Source: Scenedesmus sp. PABB004 (lineage: Eukaryota). From it: 64,000 bases of DNA. Every line of letters begins with the position of its first letter. Position 1 is the first letter of the stretch. The notes beneath the pieces were generated by a model. It made no database searches and was not told the origin of the DNA. It saw nothing but the letters and a program-made list of their open reading frames with translations. Where the stretch lies: the NCBI GenBank assembly GCA_014905635.1, contig JABVCE010000008.1, positions 1,178,001 through 1,242,000 on the forward strand. Direction: 5' to 3'. A program made the position numbers and the translations under genes. This document shows positions 1-12,126 of this stretch, in pieces.

Positions 1-1253
1 CTGGCGCGCCCGCGGTGGGCGGGGGGGGGGGGGCGGCCGTGGGGCGGCGGCGGGTGTGGAGCGGGCGCGAGGGGCGCTCGCGGGCACGGCGCGCGCCGGC
101 GCGCGGCGGGCGGCGCGGCTCACCGGCGGCGTGGGCGCGGGCGCGGGGCTCGCGGGCGGCGGTGGCGGCGGGTCGCTCGGCGCGCCGCCGCCGCCGCCGC
201 CGCCGCCGCTTGCGGGCGTGATGCGGACGTCGGCGCAGTTGCTGAAGACCTCGAGCCGCGCGTTGTTGGTGGGGCTGCAGAACCCGGGGGTGCTGCCGTA
301 CACGACGTTGCGGCCCGACGCGTAGCCGCCGCACAGCGCGGGGTCGCAGCCGGGCACGATGCACGACTGCATCGCCTCGTAGCGCCACTGCAGCACGCAG
401 CCCGCGTCGCACGACAGCCCCGCGGGCAGGCGGTACGCCGCCGTCCAGTTGGCCGCGTCGCTCATCAGCCACGTGTCGCGCTGCCCGTTGTCGACCCTGC
501 GCCGTGCGGCGGCGGCGCGGCGCGCGGCGTGTGAGCCGGCCGGCGCCGCGGACGGCGGGGCCGGCGCGGCGAGCCCCCCGGGCACTCGCGCGGGCTGGCG
601 GCGGGGCGGCCGCGCGGTGCCGGCCCGGTCCGCGCCGTGTGAGGTAGTTGGTGCCGAAGCAGGCCTCGTCGAGCGGCGCGGTGCGGGGGCAGACGCGGTA
701 ATAGAAGCGGCCGCCGTGGTTGCTCGTCAGCACGACGCCCAGCGTCACGGTGCCGCCCGCGGCGTACGTGGCTGCGCGCGGCGACGGCGGAGACAGGCAG
801 GGGCCGGGGGCGCGCGCGCGGGGGGTGTGAGGCAGGGGGAGGTGGGGGGAGGTGGTACCGCACGCGCGCCGCGACGCGCGCCGCGACGCGCGCCGCGGTG
901 GCGCCGCGGGCGGCGCGCCTTGGATGGGGCTGGGGGAGGCGACGAAGTTGGTGGTCATGCCCTGGAAGGGGTCGCCGCAGGGGCCTGGGCGAGCCAGGGG
1001 GGCGCGGGGGGCCCCGGGCGAGCGCAGAGAGTGGCGTCACTCAAATCGAGCAGCGCGCGCGTTGGGCCCGCGCCCGCAAAAAGGCTCCACGCGAGCCCGC
1101 ACCGGCTCCGTTGCCGGACATGTGGTTCCAGAAGCGCTGCTGCGTGTTTTCGTAGTAGTTGCGCGACGGCGGCACCGCCAAGAAGCCGTGGCCGGCGGCG
1201 GGCGCCACCAGGGCCGCCGCCGCCAGCGCGGTGAGCAGCAGCGCACGCGCCAT
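1..1253 (-). CDS. Secreted lytic polysaccharide monooxygenase, AA15-like (LPMO_10/chitin-binding type 4 fold) with Pro-rich linker; 3' end lies outside the window
   Basis: Signal peptide MARALLLTALAAAALVAPAAG is followed by His1 in HGFLAVPPSRN. Spliced exons give GPCGDPF, TYAAGG..VVLTSNHGGRFYYRVCP, YRLPAGLSCDAGCVLQWRY and EVFSNCADVRI, then poly-Gly/Pro. An intron acceptor sits at positions 1-3. Confidence 0.85.
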
Positions 1254-1315
1254 GCGTGTGTGCAGCTCCGGGGCTGCGGAGGGGCGCGCGCGGCCGCCGG
1301 GTGAGGGGGACCAAC

Positions 1316-1508
1316 CCGACTAGTGAGGCCGGGCGCGCGTTGGGCGGCAGGCCGCCCCCGCGCCGGCGAAGCGTGCCGGGTGCGAGGAAGAGTGCCGATT
1401 AGTCCGGTGCGCGAGTGCGGGCGGCCCTGGTGGCCAGTTAGTTCGGTGTTTGAGCAAATCACGTGGAGACTAATCGGTTCAAAAGCCCCGGGCTGATCAC
1501 GTGGAGAC
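1316..1508. promoter_or_regulatory. Repeated motif cluster upstream of the LPMO gene (2x G-box-containing ATCACGTGGAGAC; 3x CCGAYTAGT)
   Basis: Direct repeat at 1458-1470 and 1496-1508. CCGATTAGTC at 1395-1404 is inverted as GACTAATCGG at 1468-1477. Variant CCGACTAGT near 1316-1324. Confidence 0.5.
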
Positions 1509-1862
1509 CAGAAAAAGCTGTGCGCTGACCTTTTTCGCGACCTTCGCGCCCGCTGCGGCGGCCCGCCGAGCGCCGGCGGCGGCTGCGGCGTCACCGCCGC
1601 GCTCGCACCGTTCGCACAACTGCCTGCGTCACCATCCGCGCCCGGGCCGCTCTCTCACGCACGCAACTCGCCCGCCGCTATCGTACAGGCCGGCCGCCAG
1701 CGCGCGCGCGCACGCTCGGCAGCCCGCGCCCTCCCGCGCGCTCGGCGAGCCGCCCCGCCCGCTGCCTGCCTGCCTGCACGGCCCTGCCCTGCCGCCCCGC
1801 CCGCCGCCCCGCCACCGCCGCCGTCGCCGCCTGCCCCCGCGCCCGCCGCCGCCCTGCTGCCG

Positions 1863-3594
1863 TCAGGCGAAGAGGAAGCGCAGGTCGTCCTCGGTGAGCC
1901 GGCCGAGCGCCTCGGCGTCGCGGCCGACGGTGCCGTCAAACACGGCCTGCTTCTTCTCCTGCAGCTTGAGGATGCGCTCCTCGATCGTCCCACTGATCAC
2001 AAAGCGCGTCGTCGTCACCGGCTTGTACTGCCCGAGGCGGTGGATGCGGTCCTGCGCCTGCTGCTCCACCTGCACGGCGCGCGGCGCGGCGCGGCGCGGC
2101 GCAAGGCGGGGTCGGGCGCGGGCCGCGCGCGGCGCGCCGCCGGGCGGCTCCCGGGCGCCGCCGGGCGGCTCCCGGGCGCGCGCCCGCACCGCGGGGTTCC
2201 ACCAGGGGTCCAGCAGCATGACGTGGCTCGCGGCCGTGAGGTTGAGCGCGACGCCGCCGGCCTTGAGGCTCATCAAGAACACCACCACCTTGGCACGCGG
2301 CACACAGGCACACACACGCGACACACGCGACACACGCGCGACACACGCAGCGGCCACGGCAGACCCCACGGCAGTGGGGCGGCGTGAGCGCGGAGGCGGC
2401 AGCGGCGCGGCAGGGGCGCGCGCGCGCGCGCGGCAGGCGCTGCGTGCCCCCGCGGCAGGGGGCGCCCGCGGCCGCGGCCGCGCACGTCGGGGTCCTCGGC
2501 GAAGCGGTTGATCGTGGCGTTGCGCTGCTCGAGCGTCATGCTGCCCTCCAGCTTCACGCACCGGATGCCCACCTGCGCGCGCGGCAGCACGACGCAGCAC
2601 GGCGCGGCGCCGGCTCGGCCCCCGCCACCGCGCCGCCGCCGCCAGCACGACCCCCTCCCTCAGGGCCCGCACGGCCCGGCGGCTCCCGCGCGTCTCCCCG
2701 GCGGCCCGCGCGCGCCCGCGGCGGTGCGCGCGCCTGCTCGAGCCTGAAGCGAATGAGCTCCAGCATCTGCGTGAACTGGCTGAACACGATCGCCTTTGCC
2801 CCCGGGTCGGCGGCGCGCATGAGGTCGAGCTCCTCGCGCAGCGCCTCGATCTTGGTGCTGCTCTGGAAGCGAGACCTGGGCGGGAGGCGAGGCCCGAATG
2901 GGGGGGGGGGGGGGCGTGGGCGCGGCGCGGCGCGTGCGCGGCGCGTGCGCGGCGCGTGCTCAGGGCCTTGGCCGCGCGGCGCCGCGAGCCGCGAGCCGCG
3001 GCGCGGCGAGCCGCGAGCCGCGGCGCGGCGGCGGCGCACCTGTCGATGCGCGCGAGGATGCTGCTCGCCTTGTGCCGCACGCCGCCGCCGCCGCCCGCGC
3101 CGAGCGCCTGGCCCGCGAGCTCGGCGGCGCAGCTGCTGCCCGCGCCGCCGCCGCCGCCCGCGCCCGACGGCGGCGGCGCTGCGGGGGCGACGCGCGAGAG
3201 GTCGAGCGTGAGCGCCCTGCTGCACACGGGGCACGCCGCCTGCGCGGGGCCGCCGCGGGTTGGTCAGCCGGCGGGGCGGGGTCGGCCGCACGCAACGCAC
3301 AGAGCACCCGCGCCCCCCCGCCCGGCAGCACACGCCCGCGCCCCGAACGCCGCGCCCCGAACGCCGCGCCCCGCGCATGCGCCGCCCCCGCGCCCGCGCC
3401 CCGCTCCCCCCCCCCCCGCACCCGGTCGACGCTCTCCACGTACTCCGCCACGCACGTGCGGCAGAACGCGTGCCCGCACGCCGCCGACACGCCGTCCTCG
3501 CGCGGGTCGTGGCACAGCCCGCACGTGCCGTCGTCCGCGCAGCTCAGCCCGGCGGCCGCCGGCGCGGCGCCGGCGCTGGTGCCCGCGCCGCCGC

Positions 3595-3625
<31 letters not shown>

Positions 3626-6600
3626 GCGCGCGGCGCGCGTCCGCGAGCGCGGCGAGGCCCTCCGCGTCCTCGCCCGCCGCCTCGGCCGCAGCCGCCGCCT
3701 CGGCGCCCGCCGCGGCCGCGCCGGCGGCGCTCGAGTGCACGACCAGGTAGGGGTGGTCGACCGCCTGGCGCAGCCTGCCCGCACGCGGCGGCGCACGGGC
3801 GGCGGCGCGCGGGCGTTGTCACGCGGGCGTCCGCGCGCGGGCGGCGGCGGCGGGAGGCTGGCGGCGGCCGCGCCGCGCCCGCGCCCGCGCGGGGCGGGCA
3901 GCCCGCGCCCGCTCGTGAGGCGCCGGCCGCCCTGTGGCACCGAGCAACATCTACGAGCGGAGGGGGCTGCCCGCCCCGCGCGGGCGCGCCGCGCGGCAGC
4001 AGCAGCAGGTGCCGCGGGCGCGCGCCGCGCCTCACACCCCCTCACACCCCTCAGGCCCCTGCACCCCTGAGCCTGAGCCCTCAGCACACCTCAAACAGAC
4101 CCTCGTGCCCCCCCCCCCACACGCACACACTTCCCACACACCCCCCGCCCCCCTCACCGTATGAGGAGGTCAAAGATGTGGGCATAGTTGTTCAGCAGCG
4201 TGCCCTCAGCCACGTACGCGCCAAAGCTCGCGCGGCTCTGGGGCGCGCGGCGCGGGCCGGACGGGGGGCGCGCGGCGGCGGCGGCGCGGCGCGGCGGCGT
4301 CGGCGCGTGCGGGGGGCGCGGGCTGCGTGTGTGGAGCCCCCTCCCGCCGCTGTGGGCCGCCCTCGTGTGCGCCGCCGCCCCGCCCAGGTCCCGCCCACCT
4401 GGGTGTAGAGGGCCTCGTAAAAGTCCTCCTCGCGCGCGTCAAAGCGGCAGCGCCGCAGCACCACCGTGCTGCGCGGGCGCGGGCGCGGGCGCAACCGCGC
4501 GTGGGCGCGCGGCGCGGTCGAGGCAGGGGGGCGCGCGCGCAATCGCCGCGCCGCGCGCGCCCGCCGCGGTCCGCGCGCGCGCACCGCGGCGGCAGCGTGA
4601 GGTCGTCGGCGCAGGTGATCTTGGTGCGGCGCAGCAGCACCGCGGGCAGGACGGTGTTCTTCAGCAGCAGCATCGCCGTGCGGCCCGTGCCTGCGTGCGG
4701 CGCGGCGCGGCGGGCGCGGCGGGCGTGTGAGTGCGGCGGCGCACGGCGAGCCCCGCCGCCGCCGCGCGGCCGGCAGCGCCGCGCGCCGCCACGCGCCGCC
4801 GCACCGGTGTGGCCGTACTTCTGCACCGGGTTGCCGATGTGCCGGTTCCACCAGCAGTAGTGCCCCGTGCGCGCGTGCCCGCAGCAGTCGCAGATCGCCG
4901 CGTTCTGCGGCCGCGCCGGCGCCGGTGAGCGCCCGCGGGCGAGTGCCCAGCGCGCGCGCGCGCGCCGCGCCGGGCGCGCTGCGGCGGCGCGTTCTGCGGC
5001 CGCGCGCCAGTCATCACCTGCACAAAGGGGAACTCCAGGGAGCAGCAGTCGCACTTGGTGCAAAAGTAGTGCGCAAAGGGGTGGATGCCCAGGAAGCGGA
5101 TGAGGCTGTAGAGCTCCGCCACGCGGTTCTGGGCGGTGCAGCGAGACGGTGGCGGCGGCGGCCGCGGCCTCAGCGGCAGTGCCAGCGGCGGCGGCGGATG
5201 CAGTGCCAGCGGCACGCGGCGGCGGTGCGGCGCGCGGCGCGCGCGGCCGCGCTGCCCGCACCTGCAGCGGCGTGCCGCTCAGCGCCCAGCGGTACTTGGC
5301 GGTGAGCGCGAAGACGGCCTTGGCGGTGTTGCACGCGCGGTCCTTGATGCAGTGCGCCTCGTCCAGCACCACGCGCCGCCAGCGCACCTGCCGCGGCAGC
5401 GCACGGGCGCGCGTCGCGCGCCGCGCCGCGCGCGCCGCGGCAGCCGGCGCGCAGGGCCGCGCCGCGCCGCCTGCGCCGCCGCGCGCCTCGTGCAGGACGC
5501 TGCCGGGCTTGGCCTTGGCCTTCTTGGCCCCGGCGCCCTTGGCCGCCGCCGCGGCGGCCGCCGCGGCAATCATCTTGGCCGCGGCGCGCTCCGCCGCGTC
5601 CTGCGTGCACGCCGCGGCGCGGCGCGGCGTGGCGCGCGCGTGGGCGGCCGCCGCGGCGCGGCGCGGGGGCGCGCGCGCCGCCGCCGCCGCCCCGGCCGCC
5701 GCGCGCCACGCACCGCCTCGAGGCCGCCCTCGCGCATCTGCTTCTGCATGGCAAACCAGTTGATCTTCTTGGGCTTGCCGCCAAAGAGCGCGCCCTTGCC
5801 CTTCGCCTTGCCCTTGCCGCCCTTGGCCGCGCCCTTGCCGCCGCCGTCCTCGTCGTCGTCGCTGCTGTCGCTCGCGCCGCCGCGCCCGCGCTCGCACCCC
5901 GGCCGCCGCCGCCACGGCCGCCGCCGCCACGGCCGCGGCCGCGGCCGCGGCCGCAGCCGGCGCCGCGCTTGGCTGCCGAGGCGGGGCGGCCCTCGCCGTC
6001 GTCGTCCTCCTCGCCGCTCAGGTCCGAGCCGCCCTCGCTCTCGCTCTCCGAGCCCTCGCGCGGCGCGTAGTCGCTGTCGCTGCCGCCGCCGCTGGGCGCG
6101 GCCCGGCCGCCCGGGAGCTTGCGGCGCTTGGGCGCTGCCGGGGCGCGCGCGTGCGGGCAGCGCGGCGCGGGCGGCGCGTGAGCCCGGGGCCGCAGGCCGG
6201 GCGCGCCGCCGCGCGGCGCCCGCGGCCGCCGCCCCTCCCGATTCTCACCCGCCGCCGCCGGCGCCGCCTCCTGCTCGCGCCCCTCCTCCGTCGGCGGCTC
6301 CGAGGCCGGCTCCGAGGCCGGCTCCTCCCCCTCCTCGCTCGCGGCCGCGCGCGCCCCCGCCCTCGCCGGCGCCTTGCGCTTCTTGTGGGCCTTGGCCAGC
6401 GCCGCGCTCTTGGCCGCGTCGGGGCCGCAGAAGAAGCGCAGGTGCACCTTGAGCTTCTCCGGCAGGTACTTCTTGCCACAATAGCTGCGCACGAGGCGCG
6501 CGGGGTGGGCGCGCGGGCGCGGGCGCGGGCGCGCGCAGCCGCGCCGGCGCCGCGCCCCGCCCTGCGCGGCGCCGCCGCGCCGTGCCGCGCCCCGCCCTGC

Positions 6601-7332
6601 GCGGCGCACCTGCACTCGACCTTCTGCGGGCTGATGCGCCTGTAGTCTGCCTCGATGGTGTTAAACGTCGTCAGGACCACGTCGGCGCTCGCGAGCTCCG
6701 CCGCGCTCACCGCGCCGCGCTTGGGGCCGTGGTAGAGCACCACCTGGCGCGGCGACGGCGCGGCGGCGGCGCGGCGGGGGGTGGGCGCGGCGCGGCGCGC
6801 GTGGGCGGCGGCGCGAGGGCGACGCGGCGCGCTCGCGGGGCGGGGGGCCGAGGGCGGCGGCGGCGCGGAGTGGCGCCGCGGCGGCGGCGCGCGCGCGCGC
6901 GCGTGCCTTGAGCGCGCCGGGCGCGGTGAAGCGTGCGATCTCGCTGCGCCACTGGATGATCGCGACGACGGGGCACACCACCAGCGTCGCCCTGCCGTGC
7001 GGCGCGGCGCGGCACGGGTGGGCGGCGCGCGGCGGAGGCGCGGCGGACGACGGGCCCGCCCGGGCGATGGCACGGCGCGGCGCAGCGCGGCAGCGCGCAC
7101 TTGCAGTAGCCCTGCGCGTCCTGCGCGGCGAGGTGCGCCTGGTGCGCCGCCGCGCCCTGGTGCGCCGCGTCGGCGGGCTTGGGCCGCGAGCTGCGCTTGC
7201 CGCCGCCCGCGCAGCAGCCGGGCGCCGCCGCGTCGGGCGCGGGGCTGGCGCTCGGAGGCTCCGCCGACGCGCCGCGCGCCTCGGACGCCGCCGCCGGCGA
7301 GGGCAACGCGCCGCGCGGGTCGCCGGCACCGC

Positions 7333-7367
<35 letters not shown>

Positions 7368-9198
7368 GGCGCCGCCGAGCCGGCGCGCGCCGCCGCGGCG
7401 GCCGCCGCCCCCTCGCGCGTGATGATGGCCGGCGTCTCGCCGTCGCGGCGGTGGCTGCAGATGAGGCTGATCGTCTGCGCGTGTGCGTGTGCATGTGCGT
7501 GGCGCGGGAAGGCTCAGCGCGGGAGGGCTCGGCACGGGAGCGCTCAGCGCGCGGGCGTGCTGCGCGCCAGCCCCTGCGGAGCCGCCGCGGCCGCGCCTGG
7601 ATGGTCTTGCCGAGGCCCATCTCATCCGCGAGGATGCCGCCGCGCACGGCGCCCAGCTCCTGCGGCGGCCGCGGGACCGCGCGCGCGTCGAGGCGCGCGC
7701 ACGCGTGCTGCGCGGGCCAGCCGCCTGGCGGCGGGCAGTGCTCGCTCGCGGCGGCAGCCGGCGGCGCGCGCGCGCGCGCGTGCGTGCCTGCTTGAGGCCC
7801 CAGGCGAGGAAGTTTTTCTGGAAGGGCAGCAGCGGCAGCAGCACCTCGGGCGGCGGCTCCGCAAAGTCGGTGATGCGCTGCACCGCGTCGATGTCCACCT
7901 CCTCCTCCTCCTCCTCCTCCTCTTCTGCGGACGACGACCCGCCAAACGGCCCCCACACGTTGTCGTCGTCGCTCGCGCTGCCGCTGGCCGCCGCCTTGCG
8001 CCCGCGGCCGCGGCCGCGGCCCCTGCCGCCGCGGCCGCGCCCGCGGCCCGCCGCCGCCGCCGCCGCCGCGCCGCCCTCGCCCGGCTCCGCGCCCGCCTCG
8101 GACTCGGCGGCCGCCGCGGCGCCGCGCCCGCGGCCGCGCCCCCGCCCGCGCCCGCGGCCCTGCCGCGGCCGCGGCCCGCGGGCGCCGCGTCGCCGCCGCC
8201 GCCGGGGCCGGCGCCGGCCCCCTGCTCCGCCGCCGCCGCCGCTGGCTCGCCGTCGCGGTAGTAGCCCGCCCCAAAGGGCCCGCGCCCCGCCAGGCGTAGC
8301 TCGGCATCTCGCCGTCGGGCGCCGCCGCCGCGACAAACACCGGGAAGCCGTCTGGCGTCACCGCGCGCGCCCCAGACGCCCCCGACGCCCCCGACGCGCG
8401 GCGCCGCTTGGCCGGCGGCGACGCCGCGGGCGCGGGCGACTCGACGACCAGCACAACGTCGTCGTCGCCGTCGTCGTCGTCGCCGCCGACCGTGCCGGCC
8501 GCGCCGACCAGCACCACGTCGCTGGCCGAGGCGGGCGCGGCGGCGCGGCCGCGGCTGCGGCGCGGCGGCGCAGCGGCTGCCGCGGCCGCCGCCGCGGCCG
8601 CCGCCAGCGCGGCCGCCGAGCCCGCGGCCGGCGGCGCTCCGCGGCCGCGCCGGGGCGTGCCGGGCGCCTGGAAGTCGTCGCTCGAGCCCTGCGGCCCGCC
8701 CGCGCCGGCGCCGGCGGCCGGCTCGTCGTCGTCGTCGTCGCTGTCACTGTCGCTGGCGCTGCCGCTGACGCTGCCGCTGGCGCTGCTGGGCGACTCCTCG
8801 TAGCTCGCGCGCGCCGCCGCCGCGCGGCGCGCGGGCCGGCCGCCGCGCGGCGCGGCGTCCGGCGCGGCCGCATCAGCCACGGCTGCGTCGGCCACGGCCG
8901 CGTCCGCCGCGCTCGTCAGCGTGCTGCGGCTGCGGGCGGACAGCGCGGCGCCGAGCGCTCGCGGCACCTCGTGCAGCGACGGCGTCTCCAGGCTCGCCAG
9001 CGACGCGCCGCGCGAGAGCCGCGCGCCGCCGCCCGCGGCCTTGGGGCCCGGCTGCTTGGGCGGCAGCCCCGCCCCGTCGCCGTCGGCCCGGCGCGGCGGC
9101 GCCGCCTGGTCACCCGCGAGCGCGACGTCGGGGCTCGCGGCGCCCGGCGCCGGCGCGGCCGCCGGCGCGTCGCCGGCGGCGGGTCGCCCCCGCTTCAT
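1863..9198 (-). CDS. RAD16: RAD16-like SNF2-family ATPase with RING finger (about 20 exons)
   Basis: [137 protein letters not shown]. All 19 introns trace in frame. Confidence 0.92.
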
Positions 9199-9899
9199 GG
9201 CCCCGCTGCTGGCGCTGCCTGGGCGGCGGGGGCGGGTGTGGGTACGGCGGCGGCGGCGCACGCGTCGGCCACGGAAGAGCAGCGCGGCGCAGCGCGCCGC
9301 TCGGCGCGCATGGGGCTGTGCTGCTGCGGGGTGCGAGAGCGCGCGAACGCGAGCCCTGGACGCGCCGCCAGCGCCGCCTTGGCGCAGCGGCGGGGCCGGG
9401 GAGCGGGGCCGCGCGCGCGCGCACAATCACCGGCCTCTCCCGGGCTGTACGGGCGGCGCGAGGCCCCGCGCGCCGCACCTGGTGCTCAACCGGGCGTTCC
9501 GCCACCCCAAGGCTCCCCGGCGGGCCTGATTCCGCGAAGCCGCGCCGTGCTGCGTGGTGTGGCCGCGCACGAACGCGCGGCCGAGCGCCGCGCGGCTCGG
9601 GGAGTGGCGCGGTGCCGGGTGCTGTGTGGGCGGCGAGGGCGCGCGCACGGCCCGAGCAGCAGCCGCGGTGCGAGCCAAAGCCCGCGCGGCCTTTCCAGCG
9701 CCCGCCTGCCCTCCCGACGCATTCAGCCGTCCAACAGCTTCACGGCCGCCCACACGGCTGGCGCTGCAACCGCTGCCGCTCCACCGCTGCCGCCGCTCCA
9801 CCGCTGCTGCCGCCGCTGCTGCCGCCGCCGTCTGCTCGCGCTCTCGCCCCAGCCCCCGCAGACGGCGGGTTCGCGAATCGCACGCCGCCGAAGCGCGCC

Positions 9900-11365
9900 A
9901 TGGCGCTGCGCGGGGGCGCTGCGCGGCTGCTTGGCGCGGCGGCCGCGCAGCAGCAGCTGATCAGCGGCGGCGCGGCAGCGGCCGCAGGCGCGACCGCGGC
10001 GCCGTCGGGCCTGCTGGCGCGCCTGGCCAGCGGCGCGGCCGCGTCCACTTCGTCGGCGGCCTGGCGCAGCGGCGCCGGCGGCTGCGGCGCCGCGGCCGCC
10101 GCCGCGGCGCCGAGCGACGGCGGCTGGCGCGGCTACGCGCGCGGCGCGCGCCCCTCGGACGCGCCGCGCGGCGAGTGGCGGCGGCGCGGCGGCCCCGCCG
10201 GCGGCGCCAGCCCGGGCGGCGGCGGCGGCGGCGGCGCCGCGCCGTGGCTGGAGCTCTCGGCGCTGCAGCTCGGCCGCCTGCCGCGCAACTGCGCGCCGAC
10301 GGCCGGCCTGCGCGGCGCGGCGCCGCTCGGCGGCGACCCGTTCCGGGACGCCGACGAGCGCAGCCTGCGGCCGATCCAGGTCGACGGCAGCGCGGGGGAC
10401 GACCTGGAGGACCCGCTGCTGCTGCGCCAGCAGCTCGAGGGCAGCGCGCTGCCGAACGAGTTCAAGCGCTCCCACTTCATCACGCCCGACTGGGACGAGC
10501 TGCTGGTCGACGTCAACCGCACCGTCAAGGTCACCAAGGGCGGCAAGGTGCGCCGCGCGGCGGGGCGGGCGTGGGCGGGCGCGCCGCCGGCGGCGTCTCG
10601 CCGCGGCGCGGCGGCGCGGCCGGGGCGCGCCGCCGCCGCCGAGCGCCGCGGCCGCCGCGTCGCGCCGGCAGGTCGAGACGCTGCACGCGCTCGTCGTCGT
10701 CGGCAACGGCGCGGGCCTGCTCGGCGTGGGCACGCACAGCGGCAAGAACGTGCAGAAGGTCATGCTCGACGCGGAGCTCAAGGCGTACCAGAACCTCGCG
10801 CCCATCCCGCGCTACCGCGGGCACACGCTCTTCCACCCCATCGACGTCACGCTGCGCAAGGCGCGGCATGCGCAGCAGCATGATGACGACGCGCGGGCGG
10901 GCATGCGGGCGGGCGGGCGCGCGGGGCGGGGCGAGCCGAAAGCCCCCGCCGCCGCCGCGCCGCGCGCAGGTGCGGCTGCAGGCGTGGCCGCGGCCGCTCG
11001 GCTTTGGCGTGACCGCGAGCCCGCTTGTGACGGCGCTGTGCGACCTCGCGGGCGTGAAAAACGTGACGGTCAAGCTCAGCGGGAACCGCAAGAACGCGCG
11101 CAACGTGGTGCAGGTGCGGCGCCCGCACGCGCGTGAGGGCGCCGCGCGGCGCCCTGGCGCGCGCGGCAGCGCGCGGCGCGGCGCGGCCGCCGACGCCCGC
11201 CCGCCCGCCCGCGCGCGTGCCGCTGCTACCGCCGCGCAGACGTTTGTCGAGGCGTTTGGCGGGCAGTCGCCGCCGCACGACGGCGTCGAGGGCAGCGGCG
11301 TGTACATGCGCGAGGTGCTCAAGCGGCTGCCGTGCGGGCTGCGGCGCGGCGTCGACGTGCCCTGA
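9900..11365 (+). CDS. Ribosomal protein uS5, probably mitochondrial (4 exons)
   Basis: Arg/Ala/Leu-rich presequence-like N-terminus; ELLVDVNRTVKVTKGGK, ALVVVGNGAGLLGVG, PIPRYRGHTLFH, PRPLGFGV, LCDLAGVKNVTVK. Confidence 0.85.
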
Positions 11366-12126
11366 GCGAGCGCGCGGCGTGGGGCGGGGCGCGCCGGTGC
11401 AACTGCCTGCGTTACACAGACCACACAGACCACACAGATTACCGATCAGACGGCCGCGCAGGCCCGCGGCCGCCATCATCGCGCGCCGTGCCAAAACTTT
11501 GCATGCCCGTGCACGCGCAGGGGGTCGGTGCGCCGATCGTCGCAGCACGCAACTAGCTGGGAGGGTCGTCGTCGTCGTCCGCGGCCACTAAACTTTGTGC
11601 TGCTGCGGTCGCCGGGGCGCGCCGCGCACGAGGCGGCGCCAGTGCCGCCGCGCAGCCCGTGCCCGCGCCGCACGCCCCGCACGCGCTTGCGCAGCGCGTG
11701 TTGCGGCGGGGCGGCGGCGCCGCTCACATTGCCTGCTGCGGGGCCCGGCCGGCCGACAGGGCCGGCCACGTGCCGTGCGGTGCGGTGCGCGCGTGGGCGC
11801 CGAGACAATACCGACGTGCACTCACTCTCAGCAGGAGCGCTCGCAGCGCTGCACACGCACAGCTGCCGCTCGCGCGCGCGCGCGCAGGAATGCGTGACAC
11901 ACCAAACACCCCGCCAACCGCCCGCTGCAGCAACACAAGGGGCGCGGGCGCGCCGCCGCGCGGCGGCGCTGCGGGCGCGGCGCCCGCGCATTGTGCGGGC
12001 CCGCGCCGCGCAGCCGGCCCAGGAACCGGCGCCCGGCCCAAGCCCATCCCCCCGCTCGCCCGGCCGCCCGCCCGCAAGCGCGCGCCGCCCGCGCATGTGC
12101 GCGTCCGGCCGGCCCGCGCGCTCAGC

